Of a DNA stretch of 64,000 nucleotides, positions 55,027 through 64,000 are shown piece after piece. Source of the stretch: Octopus vulgaris (Eukaryota); the NCBI GenBank assembly GCA_951406725.2, contig OX597814.1:7502001-7566000 (forward strand), written 5' to 3'. The notes beneath the pieces were generated by a model. That model saw nothing but the letters and a program-made list of their open reading frames with translations. It ran no database searches and was not told the DNA's origin. Position 1 is the stretch's first letter. Each line of letters starts with the position of its first letter. The position numbers were made by a program, and so were the translations under genes.

Positions 55027-55663
55027 TCTATATATATAAAACTGTAGTTGTGTGAGTGTCTGTCCCCTTCGATTTAGATTCCTAACTACTCCCACATTTT
55101 GCGGTGCAGTTTAACCAAATTCGGGTAGCTTATAGTCGTGATTCATATCGAGCCCGTCTGAGTATTAGCGCGCGTCTACGATGAGTCTACAATTTTAAAA
55201 ATAATTTAACATCATTTTTTATTCCATTTTAATGCATAATTTTTCGTGTGTCGATGGCGGCGGAGTTGGCGTCCATGCTCACACCTGCACCTGTGGGGAA
55301 GGGAGTGTAAGGAAATCAACGTCGTAATGCGTTGTCAAGGAGACCAGCGTTCTTTTAGAACAACGACTTCATGGCTTTAAGACACCAAAACAGAAATGGC
55401 TAAGAAAGCGTCTACATGAGTCTACGATTTAAAAAAAAATTTACCATCGTTCTTTTTCCATTTTAAGGCATTTTTTCGCTATTATATAAGGGAAGTAACT
55501 CTCTAAAAATGTCTACGATGAGTCAACGATTTAAAAAAAAATTTACCATCATATTTTTTCCATTTTTAATGCATTTTTTGCTATTTTTTGGCTATAACTC
55601 TCTAAAAATGCTTATATAGTTATTTACCTTACAAACCCGATCAACGCCGGGCGATACTGCTAG
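55027..55663 (+). mobile_element. Non-autonomous Helitron
   Basis: A|TCTATATATATAAAA 5' end; 3' hairpin CCCGATCAACGCCGGG then CTAG|T; internal repeats of GTCTACGATGAGTC..TTTAAAAA. Confidence 0.85.
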
Positions 55664-55735
55664 TCATTACTATTTATATGGAATAAAGTAGTTCTTTTAA
55701 GAGAGAGAGAAAAATGTTTAATTGTTTATTTTCAG

Positions 55736-55866
55736 AAACCACATCATTAAACCCATCCCTTCTTGGTCCACAACCTAAAGCAGCCCCTATGACACCCAGA
55801 ACTAATGTGGCATCCGGAGAAAATGATGGCATTGAAATAAACCTAATGACTGATTCAATTTCTAAA
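55736..55866 (+). CDS. PARP14: Macro-PARP duplicated exon copy A (acceptor present, own donor lost; in frame with copy B)
   Basis: ttgtttattttcag|AAACCACA acceptor; ETTSLNPS..TPRTNVASGENDGIEINLMTDSISK is paralogous to copy B; no GT donor at the equivalent position. Confidence 0.5.
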
Positions 55867-55957
55867 TATATCATGATGGGGGGTAATAATGATGTTGGTA
55901 TGAGTGTGTGTGTGTCTATACACACACACACACACACTGATATTTGTTTATTTTCAG

Positions 55958-56094
55958 AAACCACAACATCAAGCTCATCCATTCCTGGTCCAAGACAGGA
56001 ACCATCCTCTGTGACACCCAGAACTAATGTGGCATCTGGAGTAAATGCTGGCATTAAAATAAACCTAATGATTGATTCAATTTCTAATGCATCT
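55958..56094 (+). CDS. PARP14: Macro-PARP exon (linker plus first strand of macrodomain), copy B
   Basis: Acceptor ttttcag (phase 1), donor TCT|GTGAGT (phase 0); IKINLMIDSISNAS joins VDVIVN in the next exon. Confidence 0.8.
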
Positions 56095-56373
56095 GTGAGT
56101 AAATAGATTCATGTAACTTATTTATTTAATTGTTATTTCATTTCCAAATGAGGAATCATTAAAGTTAATTAAAACATTTTCTCAATCTAACTCAAACATT
56201 TTATTTCCTTCACATCTGATATCTTGAGTATATCTTTTGCTAACTTTAACAACCTCAAACTTACTACAGCCATTCTGTAGAGCCTTTCTTAACAACAATA
56301 TCAACTGCAACAATGTATCTCTCTTCTCTCCATGGAATGTTCCTTAGTTGTTTACCATTAATTACTTTTGTAG

Positions 56374-56601
56374 GTTGATGTCATCGTTAACAACACCAAT
56401 AAAGAACTCCAGCTTAACAATGGTTCTATCTCCAAATTTATTCTCAATGCTGCTGGTTCAGAGATACAAGATGAATGTAACCAGGAATATCCTCAAGGTA
56501 TTTCTACATCTACAATAGCCATCACTAAAGGATATAACCTCAACTGTGAGAATGTATTTCATCTGGTATTACCTAAATGGAATGAAAATTCCTCTGATTC
56601 A
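56374..56601 (+). CDS. PARP14: Macro-PARP exon, macrodomain N-half
   Basis: tttgtag|GTT..TCA|gtaagt, 228 nt; VDVIVNNTNKELQLNNGSISKFILNAAGSEIQDEC..ITKGYNLNCENVFHLVLPKW (absent from the ORF track because it has no start codon). Confidence 0.9.
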
Positions 56602-57210
56602 GTAAGTATCAATCAAATGATATTGATTTATTGAAGCAGTTAATGTTTGAAGAGAACCTTATGCATGTTGTGTGAGAATCATAAAGCAAATGTCAGCATC
56701 CTGTTTAATATTTGTTCTTCCAAGTTATCATTGGAAGGAAGCAGAAGATATCGATGAACAGGACACTTTTATATATAAATAGAAGGAAAAAAGCCTCATG
56801 GCCTAACAACAGTTATGTGACTGATAAATAAGACTATATTAAAACATATTTCTGTGTTTTACTGTCTGTATTGGTGAGTTTTTCTCTGTCATGGCACGAG
56901 CACTAGAGAGGTTGTCATGTCCTCAACAACACTAAAGACTCCTCTTGGGTCTGCATTGACTCTCTTCATTCACCAACCATTTTACACGGTGGATGGGGTC
57001 TGTTTTATTGTAGCAGCAACATGAGTGAGGTTGCCTTGTCTCTTGCAGGACTAAAGAGTGATAGGAATGACAGATGTGTTTAGAAGTGGTAGGAGTGAGA
57101 GGAGTTGTGAGAGGAGAATATATTTATTACAACTTAATGGTTTCTTCCTGTAATAAGAAAGTAATTCAATAAAATGTTCATTATCAATTGCTAAACACTT
57201 ATTTTTTTAG

Positions 57211-57435
57211 ATTCTGGCAAACTTGACTCAAATAATAACCATTTGTCTGGAAAAGGCTGAGAGAATGGGAGCAAAAAGCCTGGCATTTCCTATATTAGGG
57301 GCTGAAATGAAATACCCCATAGAAAAACTACCTGGAATTATGTATGAAGCAGTGAAAAACTACTCAGATCGAAATTCAAGCTGGATCAAAGATGTTTACT
57401 TTGTTGTTTTACCTCAAGACACAGAAATAGTAAAG
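57211..57435 (+). CDS. PARP14: Macro-PARP exon, macrodomain C-half
   Basis: tttttttag|ATT..AAG|gttggt, 225 nt; ILANLTQIITICLEKAERMGAKSLAFPILGAEMKYP..IKDVYFVVLPQD. Confidence 0.9.
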
Positions 57436-57469
57436 GTTGGTTGATGTTTTTGTTGGTTGTTGTTTTATG

Positions 57470-58035
57470 ATCATCATCATCATCATCATCATTATTTAAC
57501 ATCCATTGTCCAAACTGGCATGGGTTGAACTGTTTAACCAGTGCTGGCAAACTGAGGGGTTGCACCAGGCTCCGGTCTAATTTGCCATGGTTTCTATGGC
57601 TGGATGCCTTTCCTAACACCAATCATTCTGAGAATGTAATGGGTGCTTCTTATGTGCCACTGGCATGGATGCCACTTACATGACACTGGCAACTGCCAGT
57701 TTGCCTCTATGAGGCCCAACGCTTGAAAGATGCTTTTTACATGCCACCAGCATAGGGGCTAGTCACTTATGTGACACTGACAATGGCTACAACTATGAAT
57801 TCGCTTGGCTTGACGGCTCTTCTCAAGCATGGCATATCACAAAAGGTCTCGGTCACTAGTCATCTGTGAGGCCCAATGTTTGAAGATTATGCTTCACATC
57901 TTGTCCCTTGTCTTTCTGGATCTTCCATTTCCACAGCTTCAATCCACAGGTACTTCTTCACACAGCTGTCCACATCCATACACATCACATGACCATACCA
58001 GCACAGTTGTCGCTCTTGCACACCACATCTGATGC
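57470..58035 (-). mobile_element. RTE-tail-type repeat
   Basis: (CAT)n then TTTAACATCCATTGTCCAAACTGGCATGGGTTG..GCTGGATGCCTTTCCTAACACCAA; same family as 52327 and 48650. Confidence 0.7.
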
Positions 58036-59009
58036 TTGTCCAACTTTTCAATCAATACATTTACACTCTGTCTTACATTTTTGGAAGTTACCAAAGGAAA
58101 TATTCTGCAATAAATAAAGAAAATAGAAACAAAAATATGGAATCAGTTTTGTAAATTTATTTGTTGGTGTCTTAGAATTCTTCAGTTGGAATGTTGGAAT
58201 CTTTGATGTTTCTCATGGCCCTGTCTTCCATACTTTTAGGTTAGCTTGGTTTTCTTCAACTCTTCCATTCCATGATTTAATTCTTTGTAACTTGATATGG
58301 ATTCAGTGTAGCTACCTCCACCACCACCACTACCACTACCTACCCACAACATCCTTCAACAATTCCATTTTGGTTACTGACCAACCAAAAATGTGTTAAT
58401 GGCACCACCAGAACACTGATGGTTTTCTTTCATTTCTGTTCTTCAAAGTGGAACGCTTTGGAAACTCTTTCCACAATTCTTTCCATATTTCTTCCCACAG
58501 GAAACAATGGGGATTCTGTCAGTAATATAGAGGGGAGGATAGAGGGGTATGTCCAATAAGAGTATGAGGGGAGATGTTTAGAGATAGTGAGAGGACATTA
58601 GAGTGGCTGGGGGTGTGGTAGATATGTGAGGACATGGACAGTGTGCAGATAGGCGAGAGAGAGTGGAGGAGCCTACAGTGGGGTGGGGGAAAAGTTGGGT
58701 TGTGAGGGAGCTTGGTAGACAATAGAATTATGTGTGAGAGGTGGGTCATGTTTGTAAGGGACATGCCTATATGTATGGATGGTCACAATGTTACTTAGCT
58801 TATAAGATGAAATATAAAAAAAGCATAAATAAAATATAAGAATGAAAGAATACAGAACAGAGTGGGTAATGTAGTCCTAGGTAGACTGCTTGTCTGATGG
58901 CCTCATCCTGTTCTTTGACTGACTTATTGTGTCCTATATTTGCTCTGTCATGATTACCTGCCTCACAGAATACAACAACAACAACAACACGGGGAATACA
59001 ACAAAAAGC

Positions 59010-59270
59010 TTTGTAGACAGTGAGCAGATGTGGTTACCATTTGTCAGACAGGTTTTTCAACAGCTTGTTCAAACTGTGTCCTGGATTAAGCATAGACCAA
59101 GGCAGGGTACCTGCCACCTAGAGTATCTTCAGGTTCCCATAGGCCTCTGTCAGTTGGGCAATGTGGACAGTGGAAGTTCCACTCTAGCATTATATAGAGG
59201 ATTACTGGCAGATAAGTACGACGTTCTTGAGGAGACTCTGGACATCAATGAGAAGGATCTGTCCCAGAAT
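59010..59270 (+). mobile_element. Tx1-like LINE fragment
   Basis: EQMWLPFVRQVF..SWIKHRPRQG..ALYRGL is homologous to ORF 37305-37553 (MWSPFVRHAF..SWIKKRPRKG..AFYRGL). Confidence 0.7.
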
Positions 59271-59697
59271 GTTAGAATGTCCCTTTTACATTATATCACT
59301 TTCACATTATCTTCTTGCATTCCATACAGTCTTACAATTTCCCCTTTCATTTTGGAGTACTTGGTCATTTTTTCAACCTCTTCTCTCACAACATTCATGT
59401 CATTTGGTATGGCTACATCAATGATCTGACTTATTCAAACTCCAAAGAATCCCTCTCAACACATGGCTATAATGCTTCCCCACTACTTCTGCTCATGATC
59501 AGAGATTCATATATCATCAGCCACTAAGAGACATGCTCAACTGGTTAAGGTCAAACAACTGTGGTATTGAGCAGAATATTTGCTGTAGCCCATCTTTTAT
59601 ACCAGGACAAAACAATGTACATGATAACACTTCCAATCAGTTAAGATCATAAGCCATGAGAGCCACTGCTTGGTATTGCATTGTGGCACTGTATTAC

Positions 59698-62600
59698 CAT
59701 TATTATTATTATTCATATTTTACCTTCATAACACAGTGTAGGTAAACTACACTGGAATATTTACTCATCTGTCAAGTCACAACAAGGACCTCAGACAGAT
59801 AATACTTTCCTTAAGATGTGCGCTGTGCCCATTAAGGCTGCTTTTTTGCAAGACATCAATCTTGCATGGGATTTCCTGTTGCCTAAAGAAGTCTTGAAGT
59901 TTCAATGGGATTGAGCCCAACGCTCCGATCACCACTGGTATCGCTTTTACATTACCCTCTCGCATTCCATACAGTCTTACCATTTCCCCTTTCAATTTGG
60001 AGTACTTGGTAATTTTTTCAACCTCTTCTCTCACAACATCCATGTCATTTGGTATGGCTACATCAATGATCTGACAGTATTTCTCTCTTTTATTCAATAT
60101 GACAATATCCGGCCGACGGTGTTCAATTACACGATCCGTCTGAAAATCATAGTCCCAGAGAATCGTTACTTTTCCATCCTCCTGCATAACTTTTTTTGGT
60201 ACAACTCATACCAGTTCTTTGTTACTTCATATTGGTATTTATGGCATAAGGGCCAATGAAGATACTCACTCACTTTATCGTAACGGTGCTTGTATTCTTT
60301 TTGTGCAAGGCTCTCTCAGCCACTTCACCAAGTCAGTCACATTTTCCATACTCTTTCCATAGAGTCTGCATTTCTGAGTGTCAGAAGTTTTATAGATGTT
60401 ATACTTAACTAAATTGGTAACAAGGCCTGGTCTTGTGCAGCAAGATCAGGTTTTCATTGGTATACTTCAAATCACCTCGCTCAAGCCATACTTACGATGC
60501 TGTATAATCCTTAAAGTCTTGTGTATTCCTTTCAAACTGTCCATGCATTCTCATTTCAAGAAGGTCTTCTTTTCTATTCTCCTCGGCTCTTTGGTTAAAC
60601 TCTTCCTTGCCCATCATTTCATCTGCATTTACCTCCATATCTTTTGCAGCATATTGCAGCAGGTCTTCATTACAATTCATCAAATACTCAGCAATCGTTC
60701 TCCTTTCACTCCTTATACAATAGTCTATACTAATTAGTCCTCTGCCACCATTCTTCGTTTTCATGTACAGTCTGTTTACATTTGCTTTAGGTTGTAGCGC
60801 CCCATGCAGCGTCCTCAGCTTTCTCGCCCTTCTATCCAGTGTTGATATTTCCTCCTTAGTCCATTTGAGGATGGACACACTATATCTGACCACCACAACT
60901 GCTCAGATATTCATTGTAGTAATCAAAATTTTGGCATTCAGATTGGATTTCAACACCATCTTCACCCTTTTTTGATACGCCTCACTGACCTTGACTTTCA
61001 TTTCTCTGTGTAGAATGTCATCCAGCTCCAAAGTCCCTAAATATCTATACCCATTACCACCATCGGGTTCACCCATGGTCTCTCCTAATGGTAACTGCAA
61101 TCCTCTGCCGGCTGCTTTCTTCCCACTTTTCATATTAAGTACTGAGCATTTGGTAATCTCAAATACCATACCGATGTTTCTACCACACTTCTGGACTGTT
61201 TTGGTTAAGAAATCTATCTGTTTTTCAGATTTCCCAAACAATTTCAGGTCATCCATAAACAGAAGATGGTTCAATGATGGGCCTTTCTTCCCACATTGGT
61301 AACCCCTCTTAACATTCCTAAGTGTCATTGTTATGGGAATGAGTGCAATTACAGAAAGTAACGCCTTGGAAGTTTCCCCTTTTGATATTAACTTCTCCAA
61401 GGAATACATTACTTGACTACAATTTGGTTTCCCACTCTTTCATGCTATGCATCAGAAAATTTGTGATGTTGTCAGCAACGCCAAACATCTGCAGGCATTC
61501 AACGATCCAAGAACGAGGCATCATATCATATGCCTTCTTAAAGTCAATCCAAGCCACAGACATGTTTGTATGCTGTTTTTTACAATGCCTCAGAACTGTT
61601 TTATCGATGACCAGGTGATCCTTGGTACCCTGAGAACTCTTCTTACATCCTTTTTGTTCCCTTGGTAGTATTTCTTCCTGTGCTAGGAAAGTGTATGTCT
61701 TTGCCACACACATTCCAGTGAGTATCTTCCAGATTATGTTTAGGCATGCTAAGGGATGGTACTTTCCCTACAATATTCCCCTTTCTTCTCTCTTTTGTTA
61801 CAAGTGTTCTCCTCCCAGTCACCATCTCCATGGGAACTATACCTTTCTGGACACACTCATTCAATTTGGCTATTAGTCTTTCATGCACCACGTGGCATCT
61901 TTTCAGCCAGAAGCCATGAATCCCATCTAGTCTGGGGCTTTCCAGTTAGGCACTTTACCCACTTGTTCTTCCACACCACCCATGCTTATGACAATATTCC
62001 TTTGTTTCTTTCTTCCTTGTAATTCTTTCTTGATAGTTCCTATCCTCATTTCATCCCTTTTATGCATCACATTGTTCCCCCATAATCTGCTCCAGAACTC
62101 CTTGGTTTGGTTTGCATCAGGAGCCACATTTTCTCCATTGCCTCTTTCTGATGTTTGGAAGAATTGCTTCAGATTATTTTTGAACAATCTGTTCTCCTCA
62201 AACTGCTTATTTCTGTTCACAAATCTGTTGATCTTCTGGCTTTTTGCCATGATCCTCTGTTTTAATTATTCTATTATCAAACCCATTCTTCCGTATTTCA
62301 TATTTCTTCTCTAATTTTTCTCAGTCGGTTTTATTCTCATTTTTCCAGTTTCCTCTTAACCATTGCTTAATTTTTCCTAGATCTTGCCTTGTCAGCATTA
62401 TGTTCCTTTCAATGTGTTGTTTCTACCATTGTTCTTTTGCTCCACCACTTTTTGTTCTCTTAAGTTGTAATTTCTCCTCAACAAGTAGTGCAATAGCTCA
62501 GAGAAGATTCCTAGTTTGCGTCATGTCCTCCGTCTTGATGTACAGTATGACAGTATTTACCTTTTGTGTTACTTTATTTATCATTCTTCCATCTACCTTT

Positions 62601-63250
62601 CTCATGTTCATGGGAATGTTTTCTTCTGGAGCATTGATCAGGTTGGTGAGTCGTCTTTGAATTTCAAGCAATTCATTATCTAGTTGGTTCATTTCCCCTG
62701 CGTGTGCACCCACCACAGCGTCAGGGTTTACTCTACAACATTCCCATTCCTCATCCTTAACAGCTCCATCACCATTCTCCTGTTCCTCCTGTCTACTCTT
62801 CTCTCTGATTTCAATTCCTACATCTTTCAACTCTGACCATCCTTTGAAGCCTATCTGCTGGGTCTCTCAAACTCTCACTTATCTGAGATATTTTTACTCC
62901 AGTTAAGTAACTCTTCCTCCTAATTACTCTCACGGGTTTCATTAGTTTATTTTCTGACTTTGGACGCATGTCCTTTTCCATCCAAAATTTCAAGGTCCAT
63001 CACCCTACTCTGTGTCTTCTTTGCAGCTTTGCTCTTTCATGACATTCAATAAGTGTAAAATATTCTTCCTTCGTCCACTTATGTCTGTTTTCATGCACAC
63101 CGTGTATATGATCTGTTGTGATCATCCGAGGCCAGATCACTGCCCTTGATGCTAGTGGTTTCACACATGCCGGGCGGGAAACCTTCACCATAATTGGCTA
63201 TAGCTTCATTCTCACTTTTAATTCTTTCTTTGATGTGTTGCATCATGATT
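59698..63250 (-). mobile_element. R4/Dong-type RLE LINE, near full length, degenerate
   Basis: HKWTKEEY N-terminus, NWKAPD, EQKGCKKSSQGTKDHL, WIDFKKAYD, HLLFMDDLKLF, YRYLG, GGRGL, ILWDYDFQTD..RRPDIVI..IDVAIP..KY; short (TAA)n tail. Confidence 0.92.
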
Positions 63251-63604
63251 TCATGAGTCATTCATGGGTTACCTATGTGAGTTGTTATTGGGATCCCATC
63301 TCTCTCTTCCTCTATTTGTATATACACATACACATGTATGTATATACACATATATATATAAATAATGTGCTTGCATTGTATTGCCTCCATAATCACTGTG
63401 ATTATCAGTACCCTCCCATCGTTCTACCCATAGCATTTAAAATTATCAATTGTCCCAGTATATTGCAGAAGATCTTCATCACTATTTATCGAATATTCAG
63501 CAAGCGTTCTCCTTTCACTCCTTATACAATAGTCTATACTAATTAGACCTCTGCCACCATTCTTTCTTTCCATATACAGTTTATTTATGCTTGCAGTTAA
63601 CACT

Positions 63605-63649
63605 TATTAATATTATTGTTGTTGTTGTTGTTGTTATTATTATTATTAA

Positions 63650-63689
<40 letters not shown>

Positions 63690-64000
63690 GGCTTTGCACA
63701 GCTTCAAACGCTGGAGACATACTACAATATCAACTGTTCACTACCAGTGAACTAAGGTAACACCCCTTGTCTTTTGAGTACCATCAGGAGTATTCAAGGG
63801 GTTCCAAGCAGTGCTATTTTCTGCAAGTGTTCCACCCTTATTGCAGCTCCTATTTGTTCCATGTACTTCTCAAGATTTTTACTTACTCTTCCCAGGGCTC
63901 CATCAATTATTGGTATTACTGCTACCTTTTTCATCAAGCACAACTGCTTAACTTCCCAAGCTAACCTGTCATACCTCTCGACTTTTCTTTCTTCCTTATC
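63605..64000 (-). mobile_element. 3' end of another R4/Dong-type LINE with (TAA)n tail
   Basis: KEERKVERYDRLAWEVKQL..VIPIIDGALG..LQKIALLGT; (ATT)n at about 63605-63688. Confidence 0.85.

Noticed and set aside
58090-58510. Possible extra mariner remnant on the minus strand
   Set aside because: Only faint motif similarity; too degraded to support by eye.

Overview
Repeat-dense eukaryotic (animal) DNA. The SINE families, RTE-tail repeats and microsatellite load resemble an Octopus (cephalopod) genome; this is inferred and not provable from the window alone. Two host genes are supported. (1) A minus-strand gene with a single coding exon encodes an uncharacterised multi-pass membrane protein with a signal peptide (27342-29563; about 740 aa once one 1-nt frameshift is repaired). 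(2) Plus-strand internal exons of a PARP14/PARP9-like macro-PARP lie at 46168-57435. Its first macrodomain has lost the IVNA strand and apparently its C-terminal half, one exon is tandemly duplicated in frame, and the second macrodomain has an altered ADP-ribose pocket. The rest is mostly mobile DNA: Penelope-like elements with hammerhead ribozyme motifs and inverted pLTRs, R4/Dong-type RLE LINEs stacked in (TAA)n tracts (one tract about 1.95 kb), tandem Tx1/L1 LINEs, CR1/L2 and RTE fragments, Tc1/mariner and piggyBac fossils, non-autonomous Helitrons and SINEs. There is also a 115-bp SINE-derived satellite beside a 100-N assembly gap, and an inverted segmental duplication. No rRNA, functional tRNA or CRISPR array was seen. 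Most short ORFs in the track are microsatellite or repeat artefacts.
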